Of a stretch of 32,685 nucleotides of DNA, positions 1-10,841 are shown piece by piece. Source of the DNA: Perkinsus chesapeaki ATCC PRA-425 (taxonomy: Eukaryota; Protista; Perkinsozoa); the NCBI GenBank assembly GCA_013115145.1, contig JAAPAO010000401.1:1-32685 (forward strand). Direction: 5' to 3'. The notes under the pieces were generated by a model. The model was not told where the DNA came from and searched no databases. It saw only the letters and a list, made by a program, of their open reading frames with translations. The position numbers were made by a program, and so were the translations under genes. Position 1 is the stretch's first letter. Each line of letters begins with the position of its first letter.

Positions 1-137
1 AGAAGCCTCAGCCGATGGGTTAGCGGAAGACGAGATGTGAGTCATTTTCGTAGAGAGAACGAAAACAGATACTAAGTGCCGTACTCAAAACAAACTCTAA
101 AGAGCTATGATACGAACTGCATTGAAGAATATGTTAA

Positions 138-2209
138 TCACTTTGTCATACCAGTAATAGCCACGGCTGTGCCGATGAAGGCGAAGACTATGCCGATGAG
201 CATGACGCCCCACGCTTTCAAACATTCCAGTGTCATATGGTTACCTGAATAGGGCTGTGACCTCACAAGCTATGCTTCAAATGACTTATCATACCTGTAA
301 CCAAACATATGTAGAAATAAGAAGGAAGGATGTAGCACGTCAGCGCGCCGCTGGTGCTCCCGACCAGCTCGAAAACTTGTGCCATTGATGGAGCCAAAAT
401 AGCACATCCAAGAGACAATAAAACCTGAGTGAAAATTAAGGATCTTCCACCATCTGTCTTCTCACTGTGATTGCTGTGAGAAGAGTGACAACTGTTCGAC
501 TGGCACGGCCGCTATCATCTGGGTCAAACCGAGATGGGTATAAAACCTAACTGAACCACGTTAATCGGCACTGCTCTGTGATGGTCCCACCAATAACGCT
601 GATTCCAATCCGAATCTAGCCGGGAAAATGCACAGAGGATACGCTGCTATAATGGCAATAGACATACCTAGAGAACACGGACCAGAAAGTGTTAAATAAC
701 AGACAGGCAGCGGTACTTACCTATGAAGGCGAGGGTTATATCGAAGCTCCCTTTGAATAACGCGTTGTAATTATAAAGTATGTTGTCTCTTGTCTCGACC
801 CCCCATGTATATACCCCAGCAAAGCCGACACCAAAGTAGACCAATAGACAGATAAGGACAGCCCAGAAGGCCACTGACCGCATCCTGGTGGCCTGAGGTT
901 ATCGTTGCATGGCTTCCCAGAAGTGTCTCTGGCCTACACGACATCTTCTTTTAGTTTCTGACTCTTTCAGTTCTGCGTATATAGCCGGGACGTTAGGCTG
1001 GCAGGCAAAAGCAAACGTAACGAGAGACATCGTCCGGACAACCTGAAGGTAAATTAAGCGGGCAGTGTGGAGGGATGAATGGCGTACACCGGGCCACCCG
1101 TAAGCCGGAAGCATGGGAAGGCTGTTTTCTTGCGAGTGATGTCCTCCGACAATCGCCTCGAATATGATCACAAAAACCAGGAGGAAAACCGACATAACGC
1201 CTGACGGTCGACTCCACACGGAGACCCAATAAGGTGGAAACGACAGGCCCTACCGATGAGGCTGGGGATCCTGAGCTCGTTAACCTTCTCTGCCAGGCAA
1301 AGTGGATAAAGTATAACAATCACCAACGCGCACAGCATTATATTTGTTCCTGAAGAGCCGTGACTTCCCTCCACTGCGGTGGGCAAGGACAGCAAAGCGC
1401 ACCCGATGGTATATCCTGCAGAAGGAAGAAATTAACCGACAGTACCAGAGCGACATACCGATTTGGCCGAGTGTGATAAGATAACCAACAGCCGTGCCGA
1501 AACAAAACGTTATAACGCTGATGATGGCGAGGAGCGCCAGTCTGAGGAGATCATCAGATACCAAGTAAGCGTCACTCCAGGGCACCTTCGGCCACGAGAT
1601 GGATTAGGGCTGCAGCTGAAGGCCAGCTTTTCGAACGTTTGACATCTGGACACATCCATACAAACCTAACAGAGCTTGACAATTATTAACTTGTGTTTAC
1701 TTCTCATTTACCTGGATATATCCAATACTTGTATACGACAGGAAAGCACAGACAAGCAAACATAAGGAACCGACAATGTATCCCGAATTGCGGAATGCGT
1801 ATGGGAGAGACAGCGCCCCAGCGCCGAGTGTTGCCGTTGTGAGGTTGAAGATCGATGATCTAGGTGACAGGCACTCTCCACTACTCCATCTCCAGAGTAG
1901 TTCACCTTATTCCTCCAGCTTCCATGAACTTTTTCGGTCTGTGTGACGCCATGGCTGCAGAACCAGCGACCGCCTTAGGTTGCGCAGTTATACTCTATGT
2001 CGTTATATGGATCAAAGAATGTATACATCTGTGCTGACCTGTTTGTCCTCCTCGACAACCAGTTGCAACTCTGGAAGATGCCCTTTTTCCAAATGCTCTT
2101 CGATACGCTCCACAAAGCCTCTGTTACCGCCTGTCACCTACACCGGTGACAACGTACGAATTATAGCGTTGCACCTTCTGTTCCCTCTACTGGGCTCCAC
2201 CACATCCAT
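138..2209 (-). CDS. Multi-exon amino-acid transporter, Aa_trans/AAAP (SLC38-like) family
   Basis: Manual splicing gives MDVVEPS...AGGIR|SSIFNLTTATLGAGALSLPYAFRNSG, later FAFACQPNVPAIYAELK and RSVAFWAVLICLLVYFGVG, ending WGVMLIGIVFAFIGTAVAITGMTK*. Many short GT-AG introns; stop at 138-140. Confidence 0.9.
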
Positions 2210-2312
2210 TCTTCTGGCTTGTTGATCACCCTGTCGACCTAATTCATGACATAGCTTCGTATTGAGTCAAATGGCAGTCGAGATAGAGTCCTCTACATAC
2301 TGCGACAGACAA

Positions 2313-2392
2313 TGACAGCTGCGGGGTTCGAACCCGCGCCCTTTCGGAATGTCGCCTATAGCCACCGCCTTAGACCACTCGGCCAAACTGTC
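2313..2392 (-). tRNA. tRNA-Leu(TAG)-like gene with long variable arm; non-canonical (possible pseudogene)
   Basis: Reverse complement GACAGTTTGGCCGAGTGGTCTAAGGCGGTGGCTATAGGCGACATTCCGAAAGGGCGCGGGTTCGAACCCCGCAGCTGTCA: 7-bp acceptor stem, intact A and B boxes, discriminator A, anticodon TAG at 2356-2358. Position 33 is A and G30:A40 is mismatched. Confidence 0.85.
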
Positions 2393-2570
2393 CACTGTCT
2401 TTTAAAGCCCAAAAGGGGAGTATACGATATCACATCCTCACATTTCTGTTCTCTAGGGAATATCCGCGGAACCTGTCGGAAATTCCTCTTTCAACTGGGG
2501 ACCCGAGCAACTCGGAGTCGGAAAATTGGCGTCTGATGAGGCATCACGTCTCACTCTGGGATTTCACTGC

Positions 2571-5500
2571 TCACCTCAAGATGCTATTGGGATAGAACAG
2601 CGGGCCCATATCGGGCACATACCCCCAAACACGCACGAGATGATGTGTTCTCATAGTGGATGCAATCGAGGCTATTCTACGAAGTTCAGCTGTCGGACCG
2701 AGCTCAGTTGGACCAGACGCCTCCTCTGAGCGAAGAACAGCATTGCTCATGATTACATATTCGGTATCCGACGCACCTGCCCCCAGAGACCCTTGGTTAC
2801 TGACTACCGATGGGTCAGTTGGGTCCGTCAAGCAACCTGTAAACGAACCGTTCATGTTGTTCGAAAAAAATGTGCCTCACGTCCTCGAGCATGCCCTCCT
2901 CTAAGCGTCCTTGGAGTCAACAACGAGCGCACAAGATCACTTGTTCCATGATCTTGTTGCGACATTAAGGGCTTCGATGACAGACTACACCCGCAATAGC
3001 TCCCAAATATCGGTTAGTGCAAACTGTAAACTCAAAGCCATCAACTACGCACATGAGACTCATGTGTCATGCTCTCGGTGATGGTGGTGATGATGGCCAC
3101 GTCGATAAAAGTGGCCGACAGTAGCAATGCTTTTCCGTTGTATATGGTTATTTGGTCTGCTGCCGAGCATCTCCAGAGGAATGCTGTCGATCTTATTGAG
3201 CTCGGCTTTCGTGAACTCGGCGCGACCTGCGAAAGGCGACAGTGACCAGACGGAACCTCAATTTCCGACCTTTCTTATGAGCTACTCGACGCATAGTTAT
3301 ATACAGCCTGTCCACGCTATCCCCAGCTGTTCTGAGCAAGTGAACCTATTCAACGATGAAACTCCACGATAGTCTTGTAGGGGCAAACGACTTGTCTCTC
3401 GGCACTGGCTAGATGAGAACGTTCAAATCTGGGCACTGCCGCTTGGACTGTTGCCGAAACAGATATCAAATCCCTCCCACGAGCATCACCCTTGAGCAGC
3501 TGGCACCTGCCTATTGAACTGAAAACTCGGGCCCATCGAACAGAGGACCTCTTCAAGAATTCATCGACATCGATACCATCACTCTTCCCTTGCGCCTCGT
3601 CCATCATAGTAAAGAGGTCAACCATATCCTAATTTTCGCACCTCCATCGGATGATCACAGACAATTACCTGGCCTTGAATGTCTATGTGTCGAAGGAGCC
3701 TCCGCACGTGTTTGTCTTTCAAAGAGCTCTTCACCTCACGTCTATCCAGTGCCTGCCGAGTATAGTACTTGCGCTCAACCAAAGGTCATCACTACCCCAG
3801 ACCCGTCTGTGTCTGTTGCTAGGAAGACAGCCTTGAGTGCTTTAACCTATATTACAAACGACCTGCGACGCACAAGCCATACTAGACTCAGCGTGCATTT
3901 TTTTCAAATTGACCTTAGACAGCTGTGCAAATTCCTCAGGGAACTAGTGTTCTTTTGTTTGATTTGCCACTGAAATCCCCCTATGCGACAACGAGAAGAC
4001 CTTGGTGATAAAGCGTCTTGCTGAGGGAAAGTCCAGTATAGAGATTGCAAACGAACTGGGGAGAGACAATCACACATTCGAGAAATATCTCGTGAGATCC
4101 ATCTAAGTGGTATGCCACAGGAGAAGGTCCCTGCCAGAACCCGTTAATGGCACGAGGAGCGAAGAATGAAGAGAAAAATGGGTAGGTACCCTTTCCGAGA
4201 GGGCCTCTCGCGAGCAGCAGAGAGTTATCTGCAGGGGTACTCCAGGGAATCGGGAGCACCAGAGAGCCAGCTGCTAATGGTCATTGGCACTCCCAATTTG
4301 GAAAGGGCAAGGGAGCAAAGCGGGGACTTCCCCGACGGAACCAGTGATTGTGCAAGTACGCGTGTCGGAAGTATCATTGTGTCTCCCTAGCGCTAGTAGT
4401 GCTCACTGATGTCATATCAGTGATGTGTGTACCTTGATAGTCAAGGCTCTATGAATCTGCCAGACTGGTAGTACCAGTGTTGAATTTCGGTGACACGGTG
4501 TCACCAAAATTCAACACTGTGCCAGTGACCGTGGTTTTCCACCAGGTGTCAGTGACACCACGGACACCAGAACCACGATCGTAATACGACCGTCGTATCG
4601 AATCGACACTAGCGATTCCCTGTGGCACAGGGCCTGTGCCGATTGGTGAACGCTGATTCTCCCGAACATCTTGCGTATCTGCCGAATTTGTGGAGGTTTG
4701 TCATAATGCTTTGAGTGATGGCTCCGCCGAGCTAGGTAATATAATATATATCAACTTCGAGACGGAGGGGACCGAAGGCTGGAAAACGCAGGGTGCAGCG
4801 GCCAGGGGTGGGGGCACTACCGTAGGGTTTGAGGACGACGTAGCGCAAGACTTGGCAGTCTGAGAAGGGGATGTAGCCCAGGAGTCAGACGAGGGTGCTT
4901 TCTTGTGCTTATAAGGGCAGTCTGTTCGGCGACAGATACCATTGGCGACATAGTACATGCAGATGTTGTTGGCAAGACGGAAGTCGCGGAGCGTAGGACT
5001 CGTAGATGGACCACGGGCGCGTGTACGGGTAGAACCGGCAGTGTCGGCAGATTTTGCCAGAGTAGAGTACTCTCACAAGTTGTCACTAGCGATGTCATCA
5101 CTGATAGTCTATCAGTGATAATCATGAAGTCTTCATGTGACATTCCATCTCCAGAAATTTTCTAGCAGAAAATACGTGCTCTTCAGATTAGGTAATATTT
5201 CGGCGACAACGCACTCTTTAAAAGCTCCTGAGAGCAACCATACAAGAATCGGTAGGATGTTCGAGGGCGTTGGCACATCTCTTCTGGATACCCTGTAAAA
5301 GAAAGTTAGTAAGGAGTAAAGCCCCGAGGCAAAAGTTCGTCGGACAGGCCCAGTACGGCTACGGGCCATTGCAGCTGAATCGTCCCCAAACATGTTCTAC
5401 GGTACTCTTCCGGCACGGTTATAATATATGCACGAAGGATTTCGCAGGCCTAATGCACCTATGCAGTTTACAGCAAGCTCAACTGGCAACTTGCCAGTTT

Positions 5501-6705
5501 TGTTTGCGGCGTACAAGCGTTGTGTTTGCGCATTGCCAGTGACGATGATTCTTACTATCCTAGCGTTCTGCTCCGCCCTAACCTTCAGCGTATGGGCATC
5601 ATTTTCTTTGGCGCATACCTGACAGGAAAGGATTCCTTTCAAATGAAGTTTCTTAGAGCAGTCCCACCAGTGAGCCAACAAACGAGCGGTATTGGGTCTT
5701 GACTGACCTGTGCGCTTTCACACATCGCTCCCAGGAGCTGCTGCATGATAGTGTACGATGTGAGCATGATAAAAGCTATGAACATGAGACCAAACCCGAT
5801 AGCTTTCACTGGAGAGCTCTGCATGACCAACGGTCGGGCAATGTTACTGGACCAGTCATCAAGAGTGACAACCTGACATCAGGAAGGTAAATCCTACGGG
5901 CAACAGGCTCACCTGAAAAAGTGTGAACATTGACTTCCCCACTGATCCCCAATAGGTCTGGCCATTCCAGCCCCATTCGTTGTAGTAGTCGATACCCTCC
6001 AGAGGGACCAGAGCCGCAAAAATGACGCCAAAGACATAGAGCAGAAGGGCGAGCAAGGCGGCTACCCAGACGGTAGCTCGAGCTGACTCCATCATACCGT
6101 TCACCAGAATCCACAACTCTCGAAAGACCGGTATAGTCGCGACCACCTCCATCAACCTCAAGATACGCAGTGCCCGTAGGACAGCCAGTGTCTTCAGGGA
6201 TGCCGCCGAGGCCAGGATGTCTATCCATTGCAAACCCACCAGGATGATGTCGAATTTTGACCAATGGTCTTGAATGTATCTCCGCCAACCGTCCGCGTAT
6301 ATTCTGATAGCGATTTCAATGGAAAAGCAACAGGCGAATGCTGTCTCCAGCATAACCCAGTGAGACGCGTCCGGATCATCACTATCAGCGCTGATACCAA
6401 TCGTTATTGCATAGGCGGCGATGAGAAGGCCAACCGTTCCTTTGAATTTCATGCTGTGGACGACGTGTTTGCGTACGAACCCTCGGCCTTTAGAAAGCAC
6501 AGATTTGCCGCCACCGAAAAATGCATCAATGGAGCCATCTGTGGTGTCAGCAGTCTGAGGTAAGCTTGAAGCGTGTCACTCACTGAAGGAAAGATACCTT
6601 CCGCGAGTCGTTTGAGCTTCTAGTGTTATTTGGTCGTTGAGAGGATTCTTGCGTAGACGGTCTTTTGGGCGAGCCGGCTGTCGAAGGAGGTGTTCCACGC
6701 GTCAT
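2571..6705 (-). CDS. Single-domain (6TM) voltage-gated cation channel with C-terminal EF-hand pair
   Basis: Ion_trans S1-S6 in 5700-6500 (S4 LAVLRALRILRLME; pore MFTLFQ|VVTLDDWSSN). Splices across 5555-3847 into VKALKAVFLATDTDGSG|ALDRRE (canonical EF loop) and VDLFTMMDEAQGKSDGIDVDEFLK...CQLLKGDARGRDL. Start (6705) and C-terminal exons (end 3060 or 2571) are uncertain. Confidence 0.85.
3963..4106 (+). mobile_element. Tc1/Tc3-type transposase N-terminal HTH remnant inside channel intron
   Basis: Translates PLCDNEKTLVIKRLAEGKSSIEIANELGRDNHTFEKYL, resembling Tc1-family first HTH motifs (L..EK..I...L.EG.S..EIA..LGRDH.T). No start codon or catalytic domain seen. Confidence 0.55.
4404..4640. repeat. 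Dense cluster of short inverted repeats
   Basis: 21-bp arms 4475-4495/4499-4519 (1 mismatch, 3-nt loop), plus ACTGGTA-g-TACCAGT, GGTGTCA-g-TGACACC, ATACGAC-c-GTCGTAT, CCCTGTG-g-CACAGGG-CCTGTGCC, CACTGAT..ATCAGTG and CCTTGA..TCAAGG. Confidence 0.9.
4701..5072 (-). pseudogene. ATG-less open frame with CCCH-type zinc finger, possible retroelement gag remnant, inside channel intron
   Basis: Frame reads ...TLRDFRLANNICMYYVANGICRRTDCPYKH (C-x8-C-x4-C-x3-H, 4905-4961) followed by a Ser/Pro-rich tail. Upstream stop at 5073-5075. Confidence 0.4.
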
Positions 6706-7135
6706 CGACAGCAGCACAACGACTGTGCTCTAGAAATAAATTCGTAAATACAGCGATATGCGCTCAAATATATATTTATAGATCCAAAGCCGTGGTTGGA
6801 ACCAGGTCACTGGAAGCTATCCTGATGAAGCAGGGAGCAAAGCGGAGTCTGCATGAATCAGGTCGAATGGCAAAGTGTGGAGGATATGCTTGCTAAGGAT
6901 TCGTCCTTATAACTCGATTATCAAATCCCAGCCGCAGAACTGACAAGTTATGGAGCCAGATACAGACAAAATCAGTGAAGCTGACCAACAACCAAACGAA
7001 AACCGCGCTTTCGAAAACGCGGAGCGATGTACTTTGCATCGCTCCGCCCAATTTTCGCAACATTTCCGTATCGATGTCCTCTTTACCTTGTGCGTCACTC
7101 ATACGACCTAACCTATATTAGTTGTATTATTAACC

Positions 7136-7947
7136 ATGTTCCGGTGTGGTGGAAGCAGCCCAGCGTCTGTCTTATACTTTATCGAGCCCGATGCCGAGGG
7201 CTATTGCCCACACAGCGAGCTCTGCGACTGTCATTGCCATTGCCCGTGTAAATGCCATGAAGTTCCAAAGAGGTGAGCTTGGATTCCAAACGAGGTCGGA
7301 AAGATGCAACTGCATAGGTGTGGGAGAGGAATAGAAGTGGGCGATAAGCCGCTGATCGAATGTATTCGAGAGGGCTACTCAGTGTGGTGGCTGAAGATGG
7401 CCGTCTCCTTGGGAAAGTGGCGAGAGCTTAACCTTCAAGAATCTTATACGCTAGATACGCCGCTGCACGTGGCCTGTAGGGTTTGAATGGCTTGAAGAAG
7501 GGGCATTATGGTGGATCAGGTCAACCTCAGTACTATGACTTCTCCTTGGTAGAGCATTTCCTTCGACATGGCGCAGATCCTAATATCACCAATGTGAAGG
7601 GGGAGATAGCCCTCCACATTGCTGCGGGGTAGTTGAAGCCGTCCGCAGCTTGAAAAGATATTTTTAGGTCGAACAATTTGCCTTGTGCAAGGTTGCTGTA
7701 TAGCCACGGTAGTCGAATAGATCTTCTAGACTCTAAGGATCGCTTGCCGGAGGACAGGACCAGGGATAAACGGGTGAGGGGGTTAACTCCCAACGCTTCT
7801 GTATCTCAGCTGCTTGTGAGCATTAGTCAAATGGCCCCACTACAGACGCTCCTCATCGCAATGTATCGCTGCATCATCTCCTTACCAGTGTATCACGCAT
7901 CTGAAGCACCACATACGTGTCGAAGAAAATCTTTTAAAATCGCATAG
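7136..7947 (+). CDS. Small ankyrin-repeat protein with N-terminal Cys/His-rich motif
   Basis: Spliced: MFRCGG...YCPHSELCDCHCHCPCKCHEVPKR|CGRG...DTPLHVAC|QPQYYDFSLVEHFLRHGADPNITNVKGEIALHIAAG|SNNLPCARLLYSHGSRIDLLDSKDRLP. Last exon uncertain. Confidence 0.8.
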
Positions 7948-8131
7948 ATTCATATAAGTCGATAATAGTGCAGCAGATTTCCCTGCTTACATCTCAGATA
8001 CACAGGCTGTTAACATGTTAGATGTCCTCCTCTTGATGTCCAACTGATATCCTTATGGCTCCAGCCTATTGCGTTCTAATGGAGCAGGCGTATCTTCAAC
8101 CTCGGACTATTTTTCTTTCACCCTTCATACC

Positions 8132-9423
8132 ATGCTTTCCTCAACAACTGGTTTCACTAGTCGAGTCATGCCTCGCGCTCTGGCTGCCGGCTCTCGAGCG
8201 CTACAGGCACGGTGCATAGCGGTCTCAGCAGAGGCCACTCCGAACCCATCGGCGATGATGTTCACTTTGGAGGGCAGGAAGCCTGTTCTTGGACAGGGTG
8301 CAAAAAGCATGTCCTTCGAGAAGAACCATTGCGCCGACTCACCACTGGCCGCAAGCTTGTTCAGGGTAATACGGATGGCGAATTGGCACTCTCCGCGACT
8401 GTATGTGAAAAGGTGCATGGGGTTGACAAAGTGTTGCTAGCGGCGCGCCACGCGACAGTGACCAAATCACCGGAGACTGACTGGACGATGGTCCAGCCTA
8501 ATGTGGAGCTCGTTATATCACAGTTCTTCGACATTCCTAATGTTAAAGCCGTGAGTGCCCAGATGGCTAGAGGGCCCTATAGAGTATCTTTTTAGGTTGC
8601 ACCAGAGGCAATAGAGTACACTCCAGAGGGACAAGAGCAGCATATGGACGATGTTGTGGCTAGCATCCATGAGATACTGGAGCAGAGGATAAAGCCGTTT
8701 GTAATCATGGGAACAGTTGTGCTTACCTTTTGTGCTCTAATTTTACCTCCGAAAAGTTCACCACCATTGTCCATATTTCGGTAAATCTGTCGGCATTACT
8801 CTGCTTCCCTAGAAAATACGCTGTTCAGTGGAACCGCCCGCGAATCTGCGAAATCGAGATCTCACTTCGATTGTGGACATTTGTGGGTGAGGGAATGTGT
8901 GATACGTAATGTAGGCCTCCATCGCTTGCGTGCATTATGAAACGATCTAGTGCGATAGGTGACTTCCCCATACTATGCCATTCCCTGTGTCGTATTTTGG
9001 CACGACGTTTCTGCGGATTTTCGCCTGGAAGTCCCATCTATCCATGATTTTGGAAATCAGGGTCGTTCGGGTTTTCGGGTTTTTCATCTGCCAGAAACCC
9101 GACATGTCATTGATCTTTCTATATCCGCTTCACTCCACTGGTCCCTCCATCTCACACATTCTTCGGGCAGGTCGAACAGGATGGCGGCGACGTTGAATTC
9201 GTATCTTTCGAGCCTGAATCTGGCGAGCTGAAGATACGTCTCGTCGGTTCATGTAGGAGCCAGGGCGAATACTGGCGGTGAAGGCTTTCGCTTAGGCTCC
9301 GGCTGTCCCAAGTCTAGCGTTACGTTGAAGTTCGGAATTCAGCGAATGGTGTGCCATTACATTCCCGAGGTTAAGAATGTCATCAACATAGAGGAGGGTG
9401 AAAGCTCCGAGGTGCAACCGTGA
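8132..9423 (+). CDS. NFU1: NFU1-type Fe-S cluster scaffold (Nfu_N + NifU-C), paralog 1, mitochondrial-like leader
   Basis: [11 protein letters not shown]...SPLAASLFR|VHGVDKV...TVTK...W; [12 protein letters not shown]|[11 protein letters not shown]...LVGSC|[25 protein letters not shown] (CxxC). Arg/Ser/Ala-rich N-terminus. Confidence 0.92.
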
Positions 9424-9577
9424 ATCGCTTGGTGCTCCTCCTACTAGTTGCTGCTGTTAAATAATACGCTTCAATATCCTACTGTACACTGGTGTTCTGG
9501 AGGGGCAAGGAAGCCACTGAGTTGTCGTCAGCTGATAAGTGTCGGAATCGTCGGTGGTGTTTTGAGCTCGAGGAGCG

Positions 9578-10841
9578 ATGGTCTCGGTATGTGTTTTGGA
9601 AGGTGCGGTTGCTTTCGACAGTTGCATTCTGATTATGATAACCGCGGCAACCTCTGGATTGGACGGTTCCCTCAGCCGCGTATTGGCGTCTCATGCGCCG
9701 CCCTCACCTACATCCCTCACCTTTGAAGCGGCGGCCGTCTCGACGGCTGATGAGGACTCACCTTGCGGAAGGCAGACGATTGAAGTGTCATCGGCAACGA
9801 CCAAGGACGACAATGTTATGATATTCTGGCTCGAGGGGGATAAGAGGATACTGCCGTCGGGGGCCAAGGGGATGACCTTCAGTGATAAGGCGTCATCGAC
9901 CCAGTCTCCTTTAGCTTTGAGCTTATTCAAGGTGGTAGTAGTAGGAAGAAAGTAACTTTTGGATGTCGATCGAATTGCAAATAGTATAGTTGGATGGTCG
10001 ATTAGAAATTAGAATCTCTTTAAACCTATGTAGAGACGAAGAGACTGATTAGAAGTATGGCGCTTTGTTTTGGTCGGGTTGTATGGACTGATAGTTCTTT
10101 TTCTTGTTCGGCCAGAGGATTGGTCGACAGACTAGTATCAGGGCTGGGCTAGCCAACAGTCCAGTTAGGCAGGGCACGGTAGTTTTTTCCTTTGCTGCAT
10201 CTTCCTCTGGACTCTTTCCGTCGCCTTGAAGAAGCATGCTTCAGATAGCCGGCGTGGAGAAGGTAATTCTCTCCCAGCACAACGCATCGGTATCGAAGTC
10301 CGAGTCGATGAACTGGTGTTTTGTGAAACCAAAGGTCGAAGATGTTCTGTCGAAGTTCTTTGCAGTACCGGGGCTCCAGCCGGTAGGACCAGCGGTGCTG
10401 CCTCGTGGTCTAAGTCGAGTCGCTCTGGGCAGGTCTATCGCTCCGCATTGGAGTTTGAAAATGCAGCTGAGGAGGCCAAAAAGGCCGAGTTGATGAGGCG
10501 CATTGCGGAAGTGCTGGATGAGAAAGTTCGACCAGTGGTAGCAATAACGGGCTTGCCGAGGTTGACGTGATTTGTGGCAGTTACAAGATGATGGGGGAGA
10601 CGTTGATTTGGCAGACTTCGACGAGGAGACTGGAGTGCTTAATGTCCGCCTAAAGGGAGCATGTACGATACCAGTCTAGGAAGGACTGAGAATGCGGATA
10701 GGTGCCGGCTGCCCGATGTCGAGCGTCACTCTGAGGTTCCGGATTGAGAACATGCTCGTGAGGAATGTCCCCGAGGTTAAGAAGGTCATCAACATAGCTT
10801 CAACAGACGTGACGCAGTTCCCTAAGGAAATAGACTTTTGA
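9578..10841 (+). CDS. NFU1: NFU1-type Fe-S cluster scaffold, paralog 2 (start 9578 or 9635)
   Basis: SPLALSLFK|IAGVEKVILS...W; IAEVLDEKVRPV|LQDDGGDVDL...LKGAC|AGCPMSSVTLRFRIENMLVRNVPEV; stop 10839-10841. Intron positions match paralog 1. Confidence 0.88.

Noticed and set aside
692-1905. Apparent frameshifts fragmenting the transporter ORFs
   Set aside because: The frame changes I checked are explained by short GT-AG introns; not a pseudogene.
4200-4385. Possible retroviral-type aspartic protease remnant (VLPIPWSTPADNSLLLARG) downstream of the CCCH finger
   Set aside because: No catalytic D[ST]G motif found and frameshifts are required; the resemblance is too vague.
6264-6563. Plus-strand ORF over the channel, and similar track ORFs opposite NFU1, the secreted genes and ARV1 (e.g. 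8125-8418, 19464-19682, 30089-30298, 30809-30997)
   Set aside because: Antisense to (or immediately overlapping) well-supported genes and with no recognisable motifs.
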